Source of the DNA: a bacterium
GTDB taxonomy: Bacteria; Patescibacteriota; Minisyncoccia; 2-02-FULL-40-12; IGHO2-12-FULL-4
DNA length: 56,914 bases
NCBI GenBank assembly: GCA_030647955.1
Contig: JAUSIQ010000030.1
Location: forward strand, 1 to 56,914
Direction of reading: 5' to 3'
The position numbers and the translations under genes were made by a program. Below are positions 8,381 through 15,782 of this stretch, piece after piece; position 1 is the stretch's first letter; each line of letters opens with the position of its first letter. The notes under the pieces are model-generated. The model worked only from the letters and a program-made list of their open reading frames with translations, did not search any database and was not told the DNA's origin.

Positions 8381-10306
8381 TTAATCAACGTTATCAACAG
8401 GAGAAGGCGAGACCAGTACGGGCGTAACCACCGGGGCGGGAGCGGGAAAATACCATTCGAGAAACTTCTTAGCGGCTTGTAAAGCTAAACCTTGATGCGG
8501 ACCGATATTTTCAATCACAACTGAAATGGCAATCTCCGGATTTTCATAGGGACCGTAGGCAACCAATAAAGAGTTCAAGACTTTGGCACCAGAGACCACC
8601 TCTGCCGTACCGGTTTTCGCCGCAATTTTTACGGGCAAATTACCGAGAAGCTGTCCTGTCCCCGAAACTACTACTTCGCGCAACCCATCTCTAACAATGT
8701 CCAAGGTGGCACGATCGAAAGGTAATTTAGCTAACTCTTCACTGCCAAAAACTTTTACATCCTTTTTATCTCCGTCCACCACCTTCTTTACAAGCACCGG
8801 CTTATAAAATGTCCCGCCGTTGGCTAACGCCGAGATATACGAGCTAAGCCACAGGGGCGTTACCACCAAGTCACCCTGTCCGATAGAAACATTGTAAGTA
8901 TCACCCGTAAACCAGGGCTGGCCAAATTTTTCTATTTTCCATTTTTCATCCGGTACAAACCCCGCGCTTTCTCCAGGCACATCAATACCCAAGGCTCGAT
9001 CTATCAGAAAAGCACGGTAATACTTTTCTAATCGATCATAACCCAAGCCTTTGATTGCTCCGTAGCCTCCTCCCACCGAGTAAAAATAAATATCCGACGA
9101 CCACGCCAAGGCTTTTTTAAGATCCACCGTCCCCTGCACTCGCCAATCTCGATACCGATAAACAATCTCGGGATTATAGATGTTCGGAATACTAATGTAG
9201 CCCATGGAATCCGTAATGGTGGTGTTTGGCGTAATAACCTTCTCTTTTAATCCAGCCAAAGCCAGGATGGCTTTGATGGTGGAACCGGGATTAAACCGTC
9301 CACCTAACGCTCGATTAAATAACGGACGATCCTTGCTAATGAAATATTTCTGATAAAGATCTTCGCTAATTTCCGAGGATAGCTCGTTATTATCATAAGC
9401 GGGGAAGCTAACCATTCCCAAAACCTCTCCGGTATTCGGATTTTGAGCAACAGCCGATCCATATTTTAATCCATGCGCCCGTAAAATCTCATTCACGGAA
9501 TCATAGAGATGCCGCTGCACTTCGGCATCAATATTGAGGACAAGGCTCTGGCCCGGCTTGGATGGATAAGGAATATAGCGATTATTTGCCCGATCAAAAA
9601 ATATTCGGCCATGCTCACCACGTAAATAATTTTCAAAACTAGCCTCTATTCCGGCACGCCCCTTTCGGTCATTTATATCGTAATAAGTATCCAAAAGATC
9701 TTCCGTGGAGACTTTGCCGGTATAGCCCAAAACAGAGGAAAACTTTACTCCTTCTGGATATTTACGCGTTACGCTATTAATGACATACACCCCTCTTGTG
9801 TATTTATTCTGAATTTGCAAAACCCGCTCTTTATCCAGATCTTTTCGAATAAAAAAGATCGCTTGGGAATCCCGCTGTTCAAAGGATTTTTGCAAGCTTT
9901 CCAGGTCGTCTCCCAAGATTTCCCGAAGATCCTGTATAAGGACAGCTAGCTCTTCTTTTTTGGGCAAATCCGCTGAAATCGCCACCAAATCAAAAACTGG
10001 CTGATTTTCTCCAAGCACCTCTCCGGAGCGATCAAAAATATTCCCTCGCATAGCAGGTATATCATAAACCGAAGAACGGTTCCCGATAGCTAAAGCGCGA
10101 AAATCTTTACCGTTCAAGACCTCGAGTTTAAAAGCGGTTAAAATAAAAAACCCAAAAACCAAAGCAATGAGACCATAAAAGACCTGCAGAACAGTGGAAG
10201 AGATCGGAGTTTCTACTTTGGAATATGAACTAAAAGAATCCGCCAGAGTTTCTTCTGGAGAAACATCCTCTTCACCGTATCCGGAAATTTTATATTCTTT
10301 AGCCAT
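8381..10306 (-). CDS. mrdA: Penicillin-binding protein 2 (class B transpeptidase)
   Basis: N-terminal TM anchor and the SxxK motif (GSTIKAIL). The KTG triad is present (AKTGTAE). It sits immediately downstream of mreBCD. Confidence 0.88.
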   Translation of the reverse strand: MAKEYKISGYGEEDVSPEETLADSFSSYSKVETPISSTVLQVFYGLIALVFGFFILTAFKLEVLNGKDFRALAIGNRSSVYDIPAMRGNIFDRSGEVLGENQPVFDLVAISADLPKKEELAVLIQDLREILGDDLESLQKSFEQRDSQAIFFIRKDLDKERVLQIQNKYTRGVYVINSVTRKYPEGVKFSSVLGYTGKVSTEDLLDTYYDINDRKGRAGIEASFENYLRGEHGRIFFDRANNRYIPYPSKPGQSLVLNIDAEVQRHLYDSVNEILRAHGLKYGSAVAQNPNTGEVLGMVSFPAYDNNELSSEISEDLYQKYFISKDRPLFNRALGGRFNPGSTIKAILALAGLKEKVITPNTTITDSMGYISIPNIYNPEIVYRYRDWRVQGTVDLKKALAWSSDIYFYSVGGGYGAIKGLGYDRLEKYYRAFLIDRALGIDVPGESAGFVPDEKWKIEKFGQPWFTGDTYNVSIGQGDLVVTPLWLSSYISALANGGTFYKPVLVKKVVDGDKKDVKVFGSEELAKLPFDRATLDIVRDGLREVVVSGTGQLLGNLPVKIAAKTGTAEVVSGAKVLNSLLVAYGPYENPEIAISVVIENIGPHQGLALQAAKKFLEWYFPAPAPVVTPVLVSPSPVDNVD

Positions 10307-10808
10307 GATGCGATTCTTTCAATAAATATCGATAAAACACAAAGGTGAAAATCACTGCTGCCACCTCCCATAGATGTCGAACTAAAAGTAAATCATCTTT
10401 ATTAGGCAGAGGAAAAACCACGCCCATCGACTGCCCCCACTGCGTAAGCATTATTAAACCCCAAAGTATAAACTCAAAAAGATAATACCAGAGCACCGTC
10501 CAGATAAAAGATAAAAAAATATTGTGGGACGAAAACATCACCACCCTCCTAGCCCCTTCGATCAGCAACACGGTTAAAAAAAGAGCCAAGCTGACTAGGC
10601 CCCATTCATTAGCCAAGACTACCTCACCAATTAAGAGCAGTATTAAGCTCGCAGTAATTTTATCTGAAAACTTTGGATCTAAAAAGGCACAGACTAAAAT
10701 AAACGCCCCCAGAAGAAAGACACTTAACTCCAAATGTAAAACCGGCAGGAGAAGCCACTCCACTAAAATAATCCCCCCTCCACTAAAAATAAAGTTCCTT
10801 TGGTGCAT
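10299..10808 (-). CDS. mreD: Rod shape-determining protein MreD (polytopic membrane protein)
   Basis: Position between mreC and PBP2, multi-TM, about 165 aa. The ATG overlaps the mreC stop (TAATG). Confidence 0.55.
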   Translation of the reverse strand: MHQRNFIFSGGGIILVEWLLLPVLHLELSVFLLGAFILVCAFLDPKFSDKITASLILLLIGEVVLANEWGLVSLALFLTVLLIEGARRVVMFSSHNIFLSFIWTVLWYYLFEFILWGLIMLTQWGQSMGVVFPLPNKDDLLLVRHLWEVAAVIFTFVFYRYLLKESHHG

Positions 10809-11602
10809 TACTTACTTTTTAAAATAAAAACTTTATCGAGAAGTAAATTGCCGTATTCCGGGTCAATCCGCACTGTTTTAAAAAGTTCGCCGCTTTTGGT
10901 TTGTACATTAGAAACGCGGCCTACCAAAAGCAGACTAGGTAAACCATCTAAACCACTGGTCACTACCGTTTGTCCTTCTTTAATTTCATCCTGATTAGTA
11001 ACCAGCTCTAAAAATAAGCCTTGATTCAGAGCTCCTCTAGTTCTACCTGAGACCGGCGAGTCGGTGATTTTAACATTCATGGCTAAACGAGGATCGGTCG
11101 TAAGATAAATCAAGGCGTGATGTGGATAAACTTCTTTTACAATACCCAGTAAAATATTTCCGCCAAAAATTACGGGCTGTAGTGCGGCCACGCCTTCTTC
11201 CGCGCCCTTATCGATTAAAGCCGTACGCGCCTGACCATCAGTAGTAAAATGGAAAATTCGAGCTATCTCCAAGTCGTAACCCTTCTCTTTCGCCACCCCC
11301 AGCTCTTCTCTCAAAAATTCATTCTCTTTGATTAAATCGGCAAGTTTTAAATTATCTACTCGCAACACTTTATTTTCTTCTACCAAACTCAGGTTTTCTT
11401 TAAGAATGCCCTCGACTTTAAATAGAGAGGTGATCCTCCACTGAATACTTCCCAGGTGCATGTAGCTGCTGGCGAGAGGACGCTCAATCAATCCCAGTAA
11501 CATTCTCTTGAGCCCCTGCCCCACTAAGCGGTTATTCACCACCATAACGACAACCACCACCAGAATGGCGATGATGATATTTTTTATAATTCGATTAGGC
11601 AT
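10808..11602 (-). CDS. mreC: Rod shape-determining protein MreC
   Basis: N-terminal TM, coiled coil (LRVDNLKLADLIKENEFLREEL), then beta-barrel domains. The ATG overlaps the mreB stop. Confidence 0.85.
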   Translation of the reverse strand: MPNRIIKNIIIAILVVVVVMVVNNRLVGQGLKRMLLGLIERPLASSYMHLGSIQWRITSLFKVEGILKENLSLVEENKVLRVDNLKLADLIKENEFLREELGVAKEKGYDLEIARIFHFTTDGQARTALIDKGAEEGVAALQPVIFGGNILLGIVKEVYPHHALIYLTTDPRLAMNVKITDSPVSGRTRGALNQGLFLELVTNQDEIKEGQTVVTSGLDGLPSLLLVGRVSNVQTKSGELFKTVRIDPEYGNLLLDKVFILKSK

Positions 11603-12651
11603 TACCAGTAGGCTTCTTTTGAGGTGACGACTAAGACTTCCTTGAGTTTATCGAGGTGTTCCAGTACAAATCCGCAACCACGAGCGACGGCCGTGAGCGG
11701 ATCATCCACTACTTTAACCGGTAGCTTAATTTCATGGGAGATAAGCTGATCAATACCGCGTAACAGACTTCCACCGCCCGAGACATACACGCTGCGATTT
11801 AAAAGGTCGGCGATTAATTCAGGAGGGGTTTCTTCAATCGTGGATTTAATGTCGGCTAAGATAGTGCGCACCGAGCGCGAGATGGCCTTGCGAATTTCTT
11901 CCGAGGTGATCGTAATTTCCTTAGGCAGTCCGCTTAACATGTCCCGGCCCTTAATCTCACCACTTAACTCCTCTTCCAACGGATAAGCCGATCCTAATCG
12001 AATTTTAACATTTTCAGCGGTGGCTTCTCCAATTAACAAGTTTCTTTCTTCCCGCAAATATCGAATGATATCTTCATTAAACTTATCGCCGGCCAGGCGC
12101 AGAGAGCGCGCCGCGACCACTCCGCCCATCGAGATCACCGCGATTTCAGTCGAGCCTCCGCCAATATCGATAATGACATTGGCCGCGGCTTCTTGCACCG
12201 GTAAACGCGCTCCCACAGCCGCAGCCATCGGTTCTTCAATAAGATAAACTTCGCGGGCTCCGGCGTTATAAGCCGCGTCTTCCACCGCTCGTTTTTCTAC
12301 TTCCGTTACTCCCGAAGGCACACCAACTACCACGCGTGGACGCGGTAGAAAGGAAAGCGTCTCCGAATGCACCCGATCAAAAAAATACTTGAGCATCTGC
12401 TCGGTCACTTCGAAATCAGAGACCACTCCGCTAACTAGAGGCTTAGTGACAACAATATATCCTGGCGTGCGGCCCACCATTTTTTTGGCCTCTTCACCAA
12501 TGGCCAACACCGTTCCAGTTTTGTTATTAATCGCCACAATTGAAGGTTCATTAATAACAATCCCTTTACCGCGCACATAAACTAGAGTATTCGCTGTACC
12601 CAGATCAATCCCGATATCTTTGGAAAAAATGCCGAAAAATTTATTGAACAT
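11602..12651 (-). CDS. mreB: Rod shape-determining protein MreB (actin-like ATPase)
   Basis: IGIDLGTANTLVY phosphate-1 motif, DIGGGSTEIAV, GGGSLLRGID. Confidence 0.95.
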   Translation of the reverse strand: MFNKFFGIFSKDIGIDLGTANTLVYVRGKGIVINEPSIVAINNKTGTVLAIGEEAKKMVGRTPGYIVVTKPLVSGVVSDFEVTEQMLKYFFDRVHSETLSFLPRPRVVVGVPSGVTEVEKRAVEDAAYNAGAREVYLIEEPMAAAVGARLPVQEAAANVIIDIGGGSTEIAVISMGGVVAARSLRLAGDKFNEDIIRYLREERNLLIGEATAENVKIRLGSAYPLEEELSGEIKGRDMLSGLPKEITITSEEIRKAISRSVRTILADIKSTIEETPPELIADLLNRSVYVSGGGSLLRGIDQLISHEIKLPVKVVDDPLTAVARGCGFVLEHLDKLKEVLVVTSKEAYW

Positions 12652-12726
12652 TATGGTTGTAAGATAACAAAAGAATCATGAACAATCAAACCACCACTTA
12701 ATTTATTTTTTACGCGATCACTTAAA

Positions 12727-13245
12727 TTATAAATTATAGTACTGTTTAAATTCTTTTTCTTTAGAACCAATGGAAAATGCTTGAACTAAATCTACATAGG
12801 ACTCAATATCCAGGTACCGCACTAGAAAAGAAATCTCGTTTTCGCAATGGAATGGACAAACAAACACACTTTTTTGAATCATTTTAAAATCCAGAGCTTT
12901 CAGCTTATTGCGCAAAACCTGTCTGGCATTTTTAAATTGTTCTGGAATATCGAAAATTATAATTCTCCACTGGTTATCCCACTTTCTGCTTCTAATTTTA
13001 AGTTGTCTAAACTTTAGATCTAAAAACCATCGCTGGCCCTTACTGGTAAGAGCAAATCCTTTGGGATGATCTCGAATGATTTTTCGGTATTTCAGATTAT
13101 AGAAATTTTGACGAATCCTTTTAGGATCCATTCCGCCACTCCTAATTATTTTATCTTCCCAGGATTCCCTGATGACAAAGCCGGCGGCAATCACCGGAAA
13201 CTCCTCCAAAATTTCCAATAAAGTTGAAATAAATTTACTACGCAT
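12727..13245 (-). CDS. PaaX-family-like regulator (winged-helix region plus Cas2/VapD-like ferredoxin-fold C-domain)
   Basis: WDNQWRIIIFDIPEQFKNARQVLRNKLKALDFKMIQKSVFVCP matches the W..W..v.ydIPe..r..R..lr..L...GF..l..svwv.P pattern of PaaX C-domains. Assigned from motif memory only. Confidence 0.5.
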   Translation of the reverse strand: MRSKFISTLLEILEEFPVIAAGFVIRESWEDKIIRSGGMDPKRIRQNFYNLKYRKIIRDHPKGFALTSKGQRWFLDLKFRQLKIRSRKWDNQWRIIIFDIPEQFKNARQVLRNKLKALDFKMIQKSVFVCPFHCENEISFLVRYLDIESYVDLVQAFSIGSKEKEFKQYYNL

Positions 13246-13248
13246 ATG

Positions 13249-13288
13249 ATACTTTATAATTTACGTGGTCGCTTAAATTATAAAGTAT
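13249..13288. promoter_or_regulatory. Perfect 15-bp inverted repeat (ATACTTTATAATTTA-N10-TAAATTATAAAGTAT); candidate operator/promoter of the PaaX-like gene
   Basis: Arms at 13249-13263 and 13274-13288. It begins 4 nt upstream of the ATG at 13245, and each arm contains TATAAT. Confidence 0.55.
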
Positions 13289-13310
13289 GTGGTGGAATGT
13301 GCAATATTGC

Positions 13311-13338
13311 GACAACAAAAAACTCCCAAGATGGGAGT
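13311..13338 (-). terminator. Intrinsic terminator ending the minus-strand RNA-B candidate
   Basis: On the minus strand: CUCCCA-ucu-UGGGAG followed by UUUUUUGUUGU. It is preceded by a second 9-bp hairpin (13351-13373). Confidence 0.7.
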
Positions 13339-13770
13339 CTAGAAAGAAATGAACCCCGCTGAGCGCGGGGTTCGGAGAACGAAGAAAGGAACATTACAGA
13401 GCGGCGCGGGACTGGCCTCCGAACTACTGGTGGAACTCCTGTTACGGCCGCTTTGGCCGTCCGTTCGGTTTCCACGGACCAGTCCCGCGAAATCAATTCA
13501 CGTTTTCACATGCGCTGATTTCGAAAGACTAAGGGGTCGGCCCGACAGTTAGCAGTCCTGTCAAAACCGACCCACACACAGACGAATTAACGGAGGAACG
13601 GTTGGGAGTGCCGCATCACTCCCTGATTGCTGGTGGGCACCCAGGTATGCGGCCCTGAGCCCCCAACTACCCATTTGGAACGTCGGGATATCGCAGTTCC
13701 AGTAGTTTCCGCTTTAGCTTCACTACCTTCCCTGCGCATTTTGTTCTACTGCACCCGCGGCTTTCTAAAC
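13311..13770 (-). ncRNA. Unassigned large structured RNA candidate 'RNA-B' (about 450 nt)
   Basis: GC-rich relative to its flanks, with only junk ORFs. More than 8 helices of 5-13 bp, including two crossing long-range helices. It has a canonical terminator at its 3' end. No RNase P, tmRNA or SRP signature sequences are seen. Confidence 0.45.
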
Positions 13771-13813
13771 ATAGAGAAATATCAGAATTCCAGAAATCAA
13801 TTAATGTTATTAG

Positions 13814-13822
13814 TGTTAGAAT
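13814..13822 (+). promoter_or_regulatory. Extended -10 box TGTTAGAAT for a plus-strand small RNA
   Basis: Same TGnTAnnAT style as the gene promoters in this window. A TTAATG -35-like hexamer lies upstream. Confidence 0.4.
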
Positions 13823-13828
13823 CTATAC

Positions 13829-14027
13829 TTACCGTCTAAAAAGCTATGGGCGAAGTAGTACTTCGTATTTTTTAATTCACCTATTCAGCAGCCGCAAAAA
13901 ATTGAAGGTACAGTTTTTTGCTTTTGCGGCTATTGAATAGGCCGGGGTGGGCCTAGCTGTCTCGTTGGTCTTTTCTTAGGAGACCCACCCCGGTGGAGCG
14001 GTTTAACGCCGCCGCTCCGATTTTTTT
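13829..14027 (+). ncRNA. Candidate about 200-nt plus-strand sRNA (three consecutive long hairpins)
   Basis: Promoter at 13814-13822. There is an 18-bp hairpin at 13880-13941 and a 10-bp GC hairpin at 13942-13993. The terminator is GGAGCGG..CCGCUCC plus U7 (13995-14027). Confidence 0.4.
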
Positions 14028-14329
14028 CCGCAGCGCAGGAGGTTTTTCTCCTACGCTGCACTCAACGCTCTGGCATACTCACATCCCTACAGAGAAGTGG
14101 TCGCCGCATGACGGTGCAACGAACCACCAGTGCACTTCATCTCACGGATGACGCCGACGCCGGTCGAGGAGTATTCAAAGGTGCAGGTGCGTGTGAAGCA
14201 CGGTCATGCATACCTCCTTTCACGTTGTGGGGGGGGCTGGCGCTATCGTAGTGGCCTGCCCGCCGGTTAAAAGTACAGTTTTTGGGAGGCCTCAGGGGCC
14301 CTTGATGCGGCGCCCTGTTCCAACCTCGC
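13838..14329 (-). ncRNA. Candidate minus-strand transcript 'RNA-A', antisense to the plus-strand sRNA
   Basis: Driven by TTGACA-N18(TGa)-TAAGAT at 14336-14365. GC-rich and hairpin-dense. The 3' end is uncertain: a weak hairpin plus U5 near 13838, or read-through into RNA-B. Confidence 0.3.
13995..14027 (+). terminator. Intrinsic terminator (GGAGCGG-N10-CCGCTCC-GA-T7)
   Basis: 7-bp GC-rich stem followed by a 7-nt T-run on the plus strand only. Confidence 0.65.
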
Positions 14330-14335
14330 TTTATC

Positions 14336-14365
14336 ATCTTATCACATTTGACCCTATAATGTCAA
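14336..14365 (-). promoter_or_regulatory. Sigma70-like promoter TTGACA-N18-TAAGAT with TGn extension
   Basis: The -35 hexamer is at 14365..14360 and the -10 at 14341..14336. There is no CDS downstream for 1.1 kb. A plus-strand TATAAT (14355-14360) overlaps it divergently. Confidence 0.5.
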
Positions 14366-14394
14366 GCACAGCGATGAAAATGGCCAAAAAACCC

Positions 14395-14464
14395 TTATTT
14401 TATCGAGCGAGGAGCAAAATGGCAAATTCTGATTTTACATTTTGTCCGAGTGAAGCTAAAAGAT
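14395..14464 (+). repeat. SD-ATG hairpin module, copy A
   Basis: TTATTTTAtcgAGCGAGGAGCAAAATGG-N13-TTACATTTTGTCCGA-gt-GAAGCTAAAAGAT. It recurs in inverted orientation at 43702-43803. Confidence 0.75.
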
Positions 14465-14482
14465 CTGAACACTTTGCTGCTT

Positions 14483-14536
14483 GGGAGCAAAACGGTTCCG
14501 CCATGGCGGAACCGTTGCCTCGCAGGAACTGCGAGG
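14483..14536 (-). terminator. Tandem hairpins downstream of proS
   Basis: On the minus strand: CCUCGCAG-uuc-CUGCGAGG, then GGUUCCG-ccaugg-CGGAACC followed by GUUUUG. Confidence 0.55.
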
Positions 14537-14541
14537 AGTGT

Positions 14542-15774
14542 TCATTTTTCAAGGGTTTTTCCGATATCCTTAACGGGGACCAACTCCATGCCAGGCTTCC
14601 CACGCCGCTTAACTTCTACGCTCTTTTCTTTGAGGGTTTTAGAGCTCACGATCACCCGAATAGGGAGGCCAATGAGATCAGCATCAGCGAACTTTTCGCC
14701 TGCTCCTTTATCGTCACGGTCATCATAGAGTACTTCCACGCCGTGATCCCAAAGTCTTTGATAAATTTTAGCTGCTTCTTTAGCCGCTCCATCTAACGCA
14801 ATGAGATAAACTTTGAAGGGCGCCACACTTTCCGGCCAAAGCAAACCGCTTTTGTCATGAAAAACTTCCGCCAACGTTCCCATCACTCGGGAGGGACCAA
14901 TTCCGTATGATCCCATCACAATGGGCTTACTCTCCCCCTTCTCATCTACAAAATTCAAATTAAAGGCTTTAGAGAAACGCGTTCCGAGTCTAAATATATT
15001 ACCCACCTCGATGGATTTGCCGACATTAATCGTTCCGTCGCACTTTGGACACTTGCCGCCTTGGGGCAAGTTGGTAATCTCTTTATTCTGACTGTAGCGG
15101 CATTTTTCACAGTAGAAAATAGTATCCTCCCCTGCTTCAGACAACACTTGAAATTCGTGCGTATATTCTTTAGTGAAAGCCCCACCGGAAGCTTCGGTAA
15201 CATAGGCATCTAATCCCAGACGCTGAAATACTTTTAAATAGGAATTGAGAACGTCCTGATAAAAACGTTGCAGATCTGCTTCGTCACGGTGAAAACTATA
15301 CAAATCTTTCATTAAAAATTCTCGTCCACGTAAAATTCCTGACTTCGCTCGGGCTTCATTTCTAAACTTGGACTGAATTTGATAAGCACTGAAAGGTAAA
15401 TCCTTATACGACTGCACGTAACGCTTGGCGATTTCGGTAATAACCTCTTCGTGGGTCCAGCCTAAACCAAACTCGTGTCCGGTCTCATCTTTGAGTTTAT
15501 ACATCACATCGACGTCCCAGCGCTCCGAAGCTTCCCAATAACGCTTATTCACCAAAGTGGGCATCAACAGTTCGGTCGCTCCCAAGGCATTCATCTCTTC
15601 TCGAATGATCGCGTTGATCTTATTGAGAGTACGCCAGCCTAAAGGCAGATAGGTATAAATTCCAGAATTATTTTTGTAAACAAAACCAGCTTGCTCAAGA
15701 AGCTGGGCGTTTACGCTAGTCTCGTCTTTCGGAGTCTCCTTTTCAGTTTTCGTGAAAAGCCTGGAAAGCTTCAT
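14542..15774 (-). CDS. proS: Prolyl-tRNA synthetase, bacterial-type core lacking the INS editing domain (small CxxC..CxxC insert instead)
   Basis: Class II motifs (REFLMKDLYSFH, HEFQVL..GED, GSYGIGPSR) and a C-terminal anticodon-binding domain. It is only 410 aa, with CEKCRYSQNK..CPKCDG where INS normally sits. Confidence 0.88.
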   Translation of the reverse strand: MKLSRLFTKTEKETPKDETSVNAQLLEQAGFVYKNNSGIYTYLPLGWRTLNKINAIIREEMNALGATELLMPTLVNKRYWEASERWDVDVMYKLKDETGHEFGLGWTHEEVITEIAKRYVQSYKDLPFSAYQIQSKFRNEARAKSGILRGREFLMKDLYSFHRDEADLQRFYQDVLNSYLKVFQRLGLDAYVTEASGGAFTKEYTHEFQVLSEAGEDTIFYCEKCRYSQNKEITNLPQGGKCPKCDGTINVGKSIEVGNIFRLGTRFSKAFNLNFVDEKGESKPIVMGSYGIGPSRVMGTLAEVFHDKSGLLWPESVAPFKVYLIALDGAAKEAAKIYQRLWDHGVEVLYDDRDDKGAGEKFADADLIGLPIRVIVSSKTLKEKSVEVKRRGKPGMELVPVKDIGKTLEK

Positions 15775-15782
15775 AATTTAAG

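Noticed and set aside
10299-12651. 1-nt TAATG and 8-nt overlaps linking mreB-mreC-mreD-PBP2
   Set aside because: They are real, but this is ordinary translational coupling in a conserved operon and is not unusual.
13311-14345. Attempted assignment of the gap RNAs to RNase P RNA, tmRNA, SRP RNA, 5S rRNA or a tRNA
   Set aside because: There is no GGAAAGUCC/ACAGAA..GGCUUA P4 core and no GGAAGCAGC SRP domain IV. The UCCACCA at 13427-13433 (minus strand) is not preceded by a T-arm. GGUGGUUCGUUGCACC (about 14120) does not fold into a T-arm with an acceptor stem. A GCGCUAUCGUAGUGG resemblance to 5S is isolated. Only a covariance-model search can settle this.
13278-14796. Tracked ORFs inside the GC-rich gap (13278-13496 -, 13349-13552 +, 13627-13839 +, 14137-14337 -, 14206-14796 +, 14400-14603 -)
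   Set aside because: The translations are Arg/Pro/Ala-rich and low-complexity. They overlap each other on both strands, lack start signals, and coincide with long RNA helices. The 14206-14796 ORF is mostly antisense to proS. I treat them as a by-product of GC-rich non-coding DNA.
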